Assembly: GCA_002269645.1 (NCBI GenBank)
Contig: NIVC01002738.1
Coordinates: forward strand, 1 to 37,825
Direction: 5' to 3'
Source: Macrostomum lignano
Lineage: Eukaryota
Length of the DNA stretch: 37,825 nucleotides
The translations under genes were made by a program, and so were the position numbers. Shown one piece after another: positions 23,327 to 34,479 of this stretch. The first letter of the stretch is position 1, and every line of letters begins with the position of its first letter. Below the pieces are notes generated by a model. It did not search any database and was not told the origin of the DNA. It saw only the letters and a program-made list of their open reading frames with translations.

Positions 23327-24852
23327 TCAGTCTGACTCGGCCTTCCTTTTACGACCTCGACTTTGCGACTCGACTTTGAGGACTCCGGATGCTGCATCAA
23401 GTCCCTCCAGCTTCTGCCTGACCCAGCCGATCTTCTCCTCGTCCTGCGTCTCCATGGCGACGCGTCTCTCTTTCTCGATCATCTCCATCTGCTGCAGGCT
23501 GAGCTCCACGTGCTCGCGGCAGTCGCTGTAGTGAGCCAGAGTGAGCAGCTCCTCCAAGTCCGGGTCTCCAAGCAGCTGTTCAATCCAATGATCGAATGCG
23601 ATTGCAGGTGCGCGATTGCGGAGCAGCTCAGCTTGGAGACTCCAGCTCAGGCAGCGGAAGTTCACGTACAGGTGGGAGGAGAGAGGCTGCGACAGTCTGG
23701 CTGTGAACAGAGTCTGCGTGAACTCGGGAAGGAATGGGAAGCGAGGTGGACAGTCGCAGGGGAGGCAGAACCTCCATGCCCAGTCTAAAACTTTTGGCAG
23801 TCTTATACTTTTTAGCAAAATACCCTCTTCATAAATATCCTGTGGCTCCAACCCTGACTCAACCTGATGTCTCTGAAGCTCCATCGCGAGTCTCTTAGCC
23901 TCCTCAGATTCTCCGAACTTCAAATGCGCCATGGCGGTCATGCACAGGGCGGCGCACTTGCACCACTGCAGATGATTCAGGAGACTGAGCTGCCTCATCA
24001 GGGTGTCTCTGTCACTCGATTCTGACTGCAGCTCGCTCACACACTGGTGCACCACACTGTACACGTCTGCGAACTTGTAGTAAAACTCATAGTGACCACT
24101 TCCTTCCCTGATCTCCGTGACAGCAGGCGGCGCTGTCAGAGGCAGCAGAGTGAACGGGTGAAAGTAGAACTTCTCTGACTTCAGAGGTCTCACGAGTCTC
24201 CTCAGCTGCTCGACCACTCCGCCGATGTCGCTTCTCAGCTCACAAAGTCGGTCTCGAACCCTCGCCTTCGTGTTGTCGAAGTCGCCGCCGATTCCAGCGT
24301 TCTTGAAGTAGAGCGGAGCGTCGGGCATGAAGAAGTGCGGCATGCACTCATCGGGCGAGCTGCTCGAGTCGATAAAGCTCAGCATCATGTCGAGAGACTC
24401 TTTGAGTAGAGTGATCAGATTGTGGGGCTGCCAAGCTTCAGCTTTAGTAGCGCCATGAATTCCAAGCGGGATCCACCATGCTTCAGCTTTCGGATCTGTG
24501 CCATGCTTCTCCAGCATGAAGAATAGCAGAGTCTTTGCATGGTAGGTCTTGAGTCCAGGTGTGTCCAGAGTGAGCGGCAAGTGTCTCTTGAAGATGAACT
24601 TGGTGAGTGTGAACAGCTGGCCCTGGACTGTGCTCAGGTCTCTCATGATGTGTTTCTCTTGGAAGCTGAAGCTCACTCTGAGCTCGTTGGTCTTACTCGG
24701 TCTGGTCGCTCGCACGAGGTGAACAAGATCGCTGTATCCAAGCAGTTGTTTCACTCTGTTTTTACAGAAACTGCTGCAGCACTCGATCGCATGGCACGTG
24801 TCTTGTGCAGGCCGCACACCGCACGCCGTGGCTGTCACTGCAGGTTGGCTGC
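23327..24852 (-). CDS. Ankyrin-repeat cGAS-like receptor (cGLR/Mab-21 family), terminal exon: third catalytic Asp, Mab-21 C-lobe, helical tail, basic NLS-like end
   Basis: Acceptor ctctgcAG at 24854-24853 (phase 1). Reads QDTCHAIEC, LRVSFSFQEK, GLKTYHAKTLLF, W...LITLLKESL and CMPHFFMPD, which are Mab-21/cGAS C-lobe motifs. Ends RGRKRKAESD*. Confidence 0.88.
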
Positions 24853-26301
24853 CTGCAGAGCGCAGTGAGAGGAGAGTCGCTTTGTTAAATTCGTTAAAAT
24901 GCTTGTAGAGAGTTATTAGACCATACCGTAATGCTCTACTTAAAGTAATATTCTAAGGAAGTCAATTTCTTTCAATATGAGTCATATCTATTTTAGGAAT
25001 CACGCGCAAACAGAATGATTTAGAACCCTACATTGTTTGATCAAGGAACCGGATTTCAACAGCTGTATTTGTTTTTCTATGGTAATGCTCAAACATGCAT
25101 GACCGCTTAATCAAACATTTTTGACCTAAGTAAATACCCAATCCCAAACCGGTTTTTCTCCAAAATTTTGCTATAAATATAAGTCAACATTCGAGTCAAA
25201 AATTCAGACTCAGGGCGGTCTCTAAGAAGACTCCGAAGAAATAAGAAGACCAATCACAGAGGGACCACACCTGTCCAATTGGTAAGCGTTTACCCGATTT
25301 AGTTAATTGTTAATAGCGCTAATAAGTTGATTAATTGAGTATACGAGAGCCACTTATCGCTCGACACATTTGAGAAAGGCCTCCTTGTTTCCTAGGATAC
25401 ATTCGTAGAGGATTTATTGAATTGAATTGAGTTATCCGTTACGTTTCGGACGTAACGAAGAAGACGCCCTTCAGGAGGACCTATCACAGAAAGTTAGAGG
25501 ATTCAATTGTTCATAAGGGCGCACGTTCTACTGTTAATTCCGAGCTCGAGGACCGTCAAGAAATTCTGATTCGCTCTCGTTTTTGGTCGACCCACAGATA
25601 AAAGTCAAGGACTCAAGAAGACTACTCCAAATCGGCCGCTACTACCGTTCAACCAAGTCAGGCAGAGTCACACACCCACCGCAAGAACCAGAAGCCTACC
25701 AACCACAAGAGGATCCGCTGCAGTAAGTTATTTGAACTGGTAAATACCTAGGCACTTGTTCCCCAGTGTCTAGAAGTGGGAGTTTTTGAGTGACTGATCA
25801 CCACTCTTAAACTCTTCATGCTTGCAGGGGCACCGCTATGGAGCTGATGATGGGCCGAGAAAGAGAAAAATTATTTTACGCTTCTACTTTCTCTCAGCTC
25901 AGGTTTTAACGTATCGCGTTTTGTAGACATGAGTATAATATAACGCGCCCTCACAAAATTCTACATTGATGCCCCGCAAAAAGTAATGTTTATATTATTG
26001 TCATTAATGCAAGAGATTTCCGGGCATCAATGTCGAAAATTCCGGGCTCTGTGTTATTACACAGAATGCAGTTGAAATGTCTATGGCCATTCTTTCTTTT
26101 GATTTGCGAGCTCTGGGCCATAGACGAAGTTTTGATGGTCCAGGTCTAGAGATGGACAGTAAAACTGAAGGAGCTAGAAAAATGCTAAATGTATATTTTT
26201 TCAAATCTATTTGATATTTTTCAAATCTGTCAGGACTAAGCTGTGCTTGACTTCTGAAAATGATCTACCATTTAATTAATTATTCTAATCTGCCGGGAGA
26301 A

Positions 26302-26715
26302 ATGGTTTCCGGTATGTCGGCCGAAGAGCTGGCGTGGGTATCATCCGAGTCGAACAGCCGGTATTTGGAGGAACTGAGCGAAGAATTTGCGCGCAAGATA
26401 GAATCAGAAGAGATTCTCGACATTCCGGAGGACGTGATGCAAGAGTTGAATCAGCTTGAACGAGATGGAATACCGGACTCCTTCGCCCGGCAGATGGAGG
26501 ACAATGTGAGCCGCTTCAAGACTTTTCTGGAAGAAATGAAACTGTCAACGGATCTGCCGCGAATTCCAAAGTCGATTCTGGCTAATTATTTGCGTTTCTT
26601 CTATTCGACACTGCGAACAAAGGACGAGCGGTACTATGCTCCAGCAAGTCTCATCTGCATTAGAGCCGGACTGCATCGCTTCTTCTGTCTCAGTCGCCCA
26701 GAGATTAACATTAAC
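26302..26715 (+). mobile_element. Crypton-like (tyrosine-recombinase transposon; DUF3504/ZMYM-KCTD1-type N-terminal region) fragment, 3'-truncated, antisense within the cGLR intron
   Basis: LANYLRFFYSTLRTKDERYYAPASLICIRAGLHRFF matches the L..FY..LR.KDG..Y...SL..IRAGL.R pattern. The ORF runs into (ATTAAC)n before any catalytic R-H-R-Y region. Confidence 0.65.
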
Positions 26716-27112
26716 ATTAACTTCTGCTGTTATTTGTTTGCCTCTGTTTCACACTGTTGTTCTATTTCGCTCTATTACTGAGATAGAAAATACCATAGAC
26801 AATTCAAGGCACGAATTGCCACATTGACGCCCGGAAAAGGGACGCTTAAGCCGGCAAAAATTAATGACAATGTATGCTAAGTTTCTGTTGAGATTCCCCT
26901 GCCTTACTTCTTAAAAAATAAAAAAATTACAAACAGTGCGAGAAAGGGTGAAAATATGTGAATAAAAACCAGACGATATAAACCTCATGGCAGAGAAGCT
27001 GCTTGGAGCTGCTGGAGGCTGAATTAAAATTCGAGCAAATTAATGGGCAAATCCAGCGAATCCTGCTGCATGCGGATCTCAGCATTTTGATGATGAACCC
27101 AGCGTCACTCAC

Positions 27113-27477
27113 CTGCTCCCACTGCCACCTGTGCGTGGCCCTCCGTGACCTGCAGCCGAGTGGCGTTTTGGCAGGATCCAGATCTTCCTTTGCAGCCACC
27201 TTCCAGATGGAACTCTTGCCCTTCAACCAGCACAGTCCAGTCAATGTCCGAGTCTGCAGCTGTCCTGCCGTTCACTTGCACCAGACTGTTGGCCCAGCCC
27301 TCTGCGTAGCTGCCCGTCATCTGCCTGCGATCCTGTGTGAGGACTTGAGCGACTCCTTCCAGCCAGTCAGCCAGTCTCTGCTGACACTTTGCTCTCTGAT
27401 GGGTGAATCCCGCATCGCTGAGCAGTCGATGCAGCTCCTCGCTGAGACGGTGGTCTTGCTCGGAGTGGTCTGAGAGT
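27113..27477 (-). CDS. ANK-cGLR exon carrying the nucleotidyltransferase active site
   Basis: Pyrimidine tract plus AG acceptor at 27479-27478 (phase 2). Reads LSDHSEQDHRLSEELHRLL...QMTGSYAEGWANSLVQVNGRTAADSDIDWTVLV. GTGAGT donor at 27112 (phase 1), in phase with the next exon. Confidence 0.85.
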
Positions 27478-27567
27478 CTGGGGGGGGGATGATGAGAAAG
27501 GAGTCAGTGGAGTGAAGCGTGGCCCAAGCTCGACCCAAGAGAGGGCAGTGAAAGCGGTCAGACTCAC

Positions 27568-27609
27568 TGATGAAGGCGTTGAGCGGCTGGCTGTGGGTGC
27601 TGAGGGTTT
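27568..27609 (-). CDS. ANK-cGLR 42-nt micro-exon (phase 2-2)
   Basis: Acceptor ...cacattccAG at 27611-27610 and donor GTGAGT at 27567. Encodes (E)NPQHPQPAAQRLH(Q) and keeps the frame between the ANK and NTase exons. Confidence 0.65.
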
Positions 27610-27683
27610 CTGGAATGTGTGAAGGAAAGCGAGGTAAGGTAGCGAAGTGATTGCAAGTAGAATGGCAACTAATGGCAACTGAC

Positions 27684-30600
27684 TCGGTGGGATTCAGCAG
27701 CCGCAGCACCTGCCGCTGCTCAAATCGCTCTGCGAGCTGCGCACAGGTGAGGCCCTGACTGTCTCGATGGCTGGCATCGGCTCCATTGTCGATGAGAATC
27801 TTGGCTGCTTGCACGTAACCGGCTTGGCAGGCTCGTGAGAGAGCGGTGCGACCGTGAGTGTCTTGAGCGTGCAGTGAGGCGCCGAGATCGATGAGTTTGT
27901 GAATGAGTTCGTGATGACCTGCATCAGCTGCCAGCATGAGAGCGGTGGCTCCGGTGTTGTCGTCTGGGAGATCGACATGCTGTGTGCTGAATCGCTGATG
28001 ATTGAGCAGTGTGGCGGCAAGAGCGACGTGTCTTTGAGAGATGGAGAGACGGAGCAGCTGTGTGATTTGAGCTGTCTGCATCTGAGAGAGGGTTTTGTTG
28101 AGAACGGAGTTTCTGTCTTCGATGGCCATTGCTGCAGTGAAGCTGAGGATGGTGTTGTATTGAAAGAGCCAGTCGGGCTCGAGACCGAGGGAGGCAACGA
28201 CATTTTCGTGAAGACGAGAGCAAGCCGCGATTGCGCATTGGAAACGGAGATTCGCTCTCTGATCCAGACTAGAGACACAGGAGATGAGAAACTTGACGAT
28301 TTCAAAGTGATCAAAAATTGCAGCTTTATCGGCAGCTTTGATGCAGCAGGTGTCCCTGTTTGATTGGTCATTGATTTGTGAGACGAAAAACTTGACGATT
28401 TCAAAGTGACCATTTTGCAGCTTTTCGGCAGCTTTGATGCAGCAGGTGTCCCTTTTGATTGGTCATTGATTTGTGAGAGAAAACTTGACGATTTCAAAGT
28501 GACCATTGTGCAGCTTTTTCGGCAGCATTGATGCAGCAGGTGTCCCTGTTTGATTGGTCATTGATTTGTGGGACGAGAAACTTGACGATTTCAAAGTGAC
28601 CATTGTCTGCAGCTTTTTCGGCAGCTTTGATGCAGCAGGTGTCCCTGTTTGATTGGTCATTGATTTGTGGACGAGAAACTTGACGATTTCAAAGTGACCA
28701 TAATTTGCAGCATTTTCGGCAGCTTTGATGCAGCAGGTGTCCCTTTTGATTGGTCATTGATTTGTGAGAGAAAACTTGACGATTTCAAAGTGACCTAATG
28801 CAGCATTCGGCAGCATTGATGCAGCAGGTGTCCCTTTTTGATTGGTCATTGATTTGTGGGACAAGAAACTTGACGATTTCAAAGTGACCATTGTTTGCAG
28901 CTTTTCGGCAGCATTGATGCAGCAGGTGTCCCTTTTTGATTGGTCATTGATTTGTGGACGAGAAACTTGACGATTTCAAAGTGACCATTGTCTGCAGCAT
29001 TTTCGGCAGCTTGATGCAGCAGGTGTCCCTGTTTGATTGGTCATTGATTTGTGGGACGAGAAACTTGACGATTTCAAAGTGACCCTTGACTGCAGCCCAT
29101 TCGGCAGCTTTGATGCAGCAGGTGTCCCTGTTTGATTGGTCATTGATTTGTGAGACGAGAAACTTGACGATTTCAAAGTGACCCTTGACTGCAGCCTTTT
29201 CGGCAGCTTTGATGCAGCAGGTGTCCCTGTTTGATTGGTCATTGATTTGTGAGACGAAAACTTGACGATTTCAAAGTGACCCTTGACTGCAGCTATTTTG
29301 GCAGCTTTGATGCAGCAGTGTCCCTTTTTGATTGGTCATTGATTTGTGAGACGAGAAACTTGACGATTTCAAAGTGACCATGGTCTGCAGCTATTTTGGC
29401 AGCTTTGATGCAGCAGGTGTCCCTTTTTGATTGGTCATTGATTTGTGAGACGAGAAACTTGACGATTTCAAAGTGACCATGGTCTGCAGCTATTTTGGCA
29501 GCTTTGATGCAGCAGTGTCCCTTTTTGATTGGTCATTGATTTGTGGACGAGAAACTTGACGATTTCAAAGTGATCAAAAATTGCAGCTTTTCGGCAGCTT
29601 TGATGCAGCAGGTGTCCCTTTTTGATTGGTCATTGATTTGTGGACGAGAAACTTGACGATTTCAAAGTGACCATTGTCTGCAGCTATTTTGGCAGCTTTG
29701 ATGCAGCAGTTGTCCCTTTTTGATTGGTCATTGATTTGTGACGAGAAACTTGACGATTTCAAAGTGACCATTGTCTGCAGCTTTTTGGCAGCTTTGATGC
29801 AGCAGTGTCCCTTTTTGATTGGTCATTGATTTGTGGGACGAGAAACTTGACGATTTCAAAGTGACATTGCAGCTTTTCGGCAGCTTTGATGCAGCAGGTG
29901 TCCCTTTTTGATTGGTCATTGATTTGTGGGACGAGAAACTTGACGATTTCAAAGTGACCATTGTCTGCAGCTTTTTCGGCAGCATTGATGCAGCAGGTGT
30001 CCCTTTTTGATTGGTCATTGATTTGTGGGACAAGAAACTCGGCGATTTCAAAGTGACCCTTGACTGCAGCTTTTCGGCAGCTTTGATGCAGCAGGTGTCC
30101 CTTTTGATTGGTCATTGATTTGTGGACAAGAAACTTGACGATTTCAAAGTGACCATTGTCTGCAGCTTTTTCGGCAGCATTGATGCAGCAGGTGTCCCTG
30201 TTTGATTGGTCATTGATTTGTGAGACGAGAAACTTGACGATTTCAAAGTGACCATTGTCTGCAGCTTTTTCGGCAGCATTGATGCAGCAGGTGTCCCTTT
30301 TTGATTGGTCATTGATTTGTGGGACAAGAAACTCGGCGATTTCAAAGTGACCTTGTCTGCAGCTTTTCGGCAGCTTTGATGCAGCAGGTGTCCCTGTTTG
30401 ATTGGTCATTGATTTGTGAGACGACAAACTTGACGATTTCAAAGTGACCATGGTCTGCAGCTTTTTCGGCAGCTTTGATGCAGCAGGTGTCCCTGTTTGA
30501 TTGGTCATTGATTTGTGGGACGAGAAACTTGACGATTTCAAAGTGACCCTTGACTGCAGCTTTTCGGCAGCTTTGATGCAGCAGGTGTCCCTTTTTGATT

Positions 30601-31272
30601 GGTCATTGATTTGTGGACAAGAAACTCGGCGATTTCAAAGTGACCATTGTCTGCAGCTTTTTCGGCAGCATTGATGCAGCAGGTGTCCCTGTTTGATTGG
30701 TCATTGATTTGTGAGACGAGAAACTTGACGATTTCAAAGTGACCATTGTCTGCAGCTTTTTCGGCAGCTTTGATGCAGCAGGTGTCCCTGTTTGATTGGT
30801 CATTGATTTGTGGGACGAGAAACTTGACGATTTCAAAGTGACCCTTGACTGCAGCCTTTTCGGCAGCTTTGATGCAGCAGGTGTCCCTTTTTGATTGGTC
30901 ATTGATTTGTGGGACAAGAAACTCGGCGATTTCAAAGTGACCATTGTCTGCAGCTTTTTCGGCAGCTTTGATGCAGCAGGTGTCCCTGTTTGATTGGTCA
31001 TTGATTTGTGAGACGAGAAACTTGACGATTTCAAAGTGACCATTGTCTGCAGCTTTTTCGGCAGCATTGATGCAGCAGGTGTCCCTGTTTGATTGGTCAT
31101 TGATTTGTGGGACGAGAAACTTGATGATTTCAAAGTCACCGTTGTCTAAAGCACTGTGAGTGGCCTGAACGATATCACTTAAGCTGGACGATGTCGTACC
31201 ATGGGCACGTCGAGCAGTTTGCGGGATGTTTTCGGTCGTGACGAACTGATGCTGACTTTGATTTTGGCTCAT
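27684..31272 (-). CDS. ANK-cGLR first coding exon: short N-terminus, ~30 near-identical 33-aa ankyrin-type repeats, linker and ~3 canonical ankyrin repeats; many 1-nt deletions in the array as assembled
   Basis: ATG at 31272. Repeats read RDTCCIKAAEKAADNGHFEIVKFLVPQINDQSK. The last repeat (28306) runs without a stop into MAIEDR...TGATALMLAADAGH...HGRTALSRACQAGY...QGLTCAQLA. Candidate donor GTCAGT at 27683 (phase 2). Confidence 0.78.
28290..31160 (-). repeat. Coding tandem array of 30 x ~99 bp (33-aa ankyrin-type unit)
   Basis: The anchor gatttcaaagt (FEI codons) was counted 30 times between ~28298 and ~31126. Confidence 0.95.
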
Positions 31273-31851
31273 TGTTCTCTAGAACTGTGTTGGATTAGTA
31301 AGGTTAAAAGTGGTGGAAAATAGGAGAAAGTTGGGGATGTAGGGAAAATGAAGTGGAGGGAGAAGAAAGTGAGGGAGCTGTGGCGCCGCCTGGCTTAGCT
31401 CATTGACTGATTTTTACTGACTTACTTTGTGTACGTAATATTTACTCATCGCCAATGTACGTAGCGTTCACGCGCCACGTTGTGCCTAGGCTAAAGTTAG
31501 AAATGTTTGACTGCGCTATATTATAGGCGTTTTGTCGGTTGTTTCTCAATATAATAAAGGCCGCTTAACTGTCACTTGAAGTTGCGTTTTTTTCTTGTGC
31601 TCAACTAAGCGCTCTCTTATAACGAAGAGTCCTCCTTATGGCTACGGCACGACATGTGCAAGAAAGAGAGAAGAGAGAAAGAGAGGAGGACGAAAGAAAG
31701 AGGGGAGGGAGGGAGAAGGAGGGAGGGAGGGAAAAAGAAGGGTGGGAAAAAGAAAGAGGAAGGGACAGAGGTAGAGGTGAGGTTTGCAGCTTTGCGGCTG
31801 TAAATGTTTTTAATGAATTATGAAGAGACTTTATGAACCTTGTCCGTAATG

Positions 31852-32430
31852 TCTGGCTGCTGTCAGAGTGGCAGATGTCAGTCACGGCTGCTGTCAGAGT
31901 GGCAGATGTCAGTCACGGCTGCTGTCAGAGTGGCAGATGTCAGTCACGGCTGCTGTCAGAGTGGCAGATGTCAGTCACGGCTGCTGTCAGAGTGGCAGAT
32001 GTCAGTCACGGCTGCTGTCAGAGTGGCAGATGTCAGTTACGGCTGCTGTCAGAGTGGCAGATGTCAGTCACGGCTGCTGTCAGAGTGGCAGATGTCAGTC
32101 ACGGCTGCTGTCAGAGTGGCAGATGTCAGTCACGGCTGCTGTCAGAGTGGCAGATGTCAGTCACGGCTGCTGTCAGAGTGGCAGATGTCAGTCACGGCTG
32201 CTGTCAGAGTGGCAGATGTCAGTCACGGCTGCTGTCAGAGTGGCAGATGTCAGTCACGGCTGCTGTCAGAGTGGCAGATGTCAGTCACGGCTGCTGTCAG
32301 AGAGGCAGATGTCAGTCACGGCTGCTGTCAGAGTGGCAGATGTCAGTCACGGCTGCTGTCAGAGAGGCAGATGTCAGTCACGGCTGCTGTCAGAGAGGCA
32401 GATGTCAGTCACGGCTGCTGTCAGAGTGGA
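31852..32430. repeat. 31-bp minisatellite (ggcagatgtcagtcacggctgctgtcagagt), ~18 copies
   Basis: Highly homogeneous tandem unit. Confidence 0.95.
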
Positions 32431-32928
32431 GGTGTTTCAAAGGTTTGTGCAGCCGGTTGCCCGAAAGATTTTACCGCCTCATCTCTCAGCTGCCCGCCCT
32501 TTTGCAGCCTCTGGCGAGGCCGACCACCCCTCGGCCTGAGCAGCCGAAACTTCTCTCCCGAGCATGAGCGCTGAGTCCGCCGCCTTCGCCTCTGTGCACC
32601 CAGCATGGCAACGGAGAGGCTGCGGCTGCAGCGGCCACCCCAAGCTGTACTTGATGAGGCTGAGCTGACCCATTGTGCCCCAGTGCAGTCTGAGATCTTT
32701 AAATGCATTTAATTACTGAGCAGAGTAAAATGCTGCTCAGTCTCGCAGTGCTTCGGTGTGAGGAGGCGGTCAAATGTGCATAAAATGCATTGTTAAACTG
32801 GGCCAGTTTTCTCTCTCACTCTGCCTACTGGCCTTCTCAACTGTACAGTAGTTGTAGAGAATCGGTTGCTTAGCAACAGGGCTCTGGCTCTCTCCCGACT
32901 CTCCTATGCTTTTACCTGTCTCTCTCGT

Positions 32929-34370
32929 GCCCACCAAGAGACAGGGACTCCCACCAAGAGACAACAGACAGGGGCGCCCACCAAGAGACTGGGGCGCCCA
33001 CCAAGAGACAGGGGCACCCACCAAGAGACAGGGGCGCCCACCAAGAGACAACAGACAGGGGCGCCCACCAAGAGACTGGGGCGCCCACCAAGAGACAGGG
33101 GCACCCACCAAGAGACAGGGGCGCCCACCAAGAGACAGTGGCGCCCACCAAGAGACAGGGGCGCCCACCAAGAGACAGGGGCGCCAACCAAGAAACAGGG
33201 GCGCCCACCAAGAGACAGGGGCGCCCACCAAGAGACAGGGGTGCCCACCAAGAGACAGGGGTGCCCACCAAGAGACAGGGGCGCCCACCAAGAGACTGGG
33301 GCGCCCACCAAGAGACAGGGGCACCCACCAAGAGACAGGGGCGCCCACCAAGAGACAACAGACAGGGGCGCCCACCAAGAGACTGGGGCGCCCACCAAGA
33401 GACAGGGGCACCCACCAAGAGACAGGGGCGCCCACCAAGAGACAGGGGCGCCCACCAAGAGACAGGGGCGCCCACCAAAAGACAGGGGCGCCAACCAAGA
33501 AACAGGGGCGCCCACCAAGAGACAGGGGCGCCCACCAAGAGACAGGGGTGCCCACCAAGAGACAGGGGTGCCCACCAAGAGACAGGGGCGCCAACCAAGA
33601 GACAGGGGCGCCCACCAAGAGACAGGGGCGCCCACCAAGAGACAGTGGCGCCCACCAAGAGACAGGGGCGCCCACCAAGAGACAGGGGCGCCCACCAAGA
33701 GACAGGGGCGCCCACCAAGAGACAGGGGCGCCCACCAAGAGACAGGGGCGCCCACCAAGAAACAGGGGCGCTCACCAAGAGACAGGGGCGCCCACCAAGA
33801 GACAGGGGCGCCCACCAAGAGACAGGGGCGCCCACCAAGAGACAGGGACGCCCACCAAGAGACAGGGGCGCCCAGCAAGAGACAGGGGCGCCCACCAAGA
33901 GACAGGGGCGTCCACCAAGAGACAGACAGACAGGGGTGCCCACCAAGAGACAGGGACTCCCACCAAGAGACAGGGGCACCCACCAAGAAACAGGGGCGCC
34001 CACCAAGAGACAGGGGCACCAACCAAGAGACAGGGGTGCCCACCAAGAGACAGGGGCGCCCACCAAGAGACAGGGGCGCCCACCAAGAGACAGGGGTGCC
34101 CACCAAGAGACAGGGGCGCCAACCAAGAGACAGGGGCGCCAACCAAGAGACAGGGGCGCCCACCAAGAGACAGGGGCGCCAACCAAGAGACAGGGGCGCC
34201 CACCAAGAGACAGGGGCGCCCACCAAGAGACAGGGGCGCCCACCAAGAGACAGGGGCGCCCACCAAGAGACAGGGACTCCCACCAAGAGACAGACAGACA
34301 GGGGTGCCCACCAAGAGACAGGGGCGCCCACCAAAAGACAGGGGCACCCACCAAGAGACAGGGGTGCCAG
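32929..34370. repeat. 20-bp minisatellite (ccaccaagagacaggggcgc), ~70 copies
   Basis: Tandem unit visible; source of the spurious 400-550-aa ORFs. Confidence 0.95.
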
Positions 34371-34479
34371 GGAGCCCACAGCGCAACAGCGAATACTTAT
34401 TAATCTGAAGGTCTGCAGATGCATAATGTACAGGAATGCACGAACACACGAATGCACGATGCACGAACGACGCCATCAT

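Noticed and set aside
25200-25820. Solo-LTR-like sequence in the cGLR intron
   Set aside because: No clear TG...CA termini, TSD, PBS or PPT found.
28290-31160. CRISPR-like or non-coding satellite reading of the 99-bp array
   Set aside because: The unit length is a multiple of 3, it encodes an ankyrin-type motif, it starts from an ATG and it runs in frame into canonical ankyrins.
31833-32574. Three-frame ~240-aa ORFs
   Set aside because: Translations of the 31-bp minisatellite.
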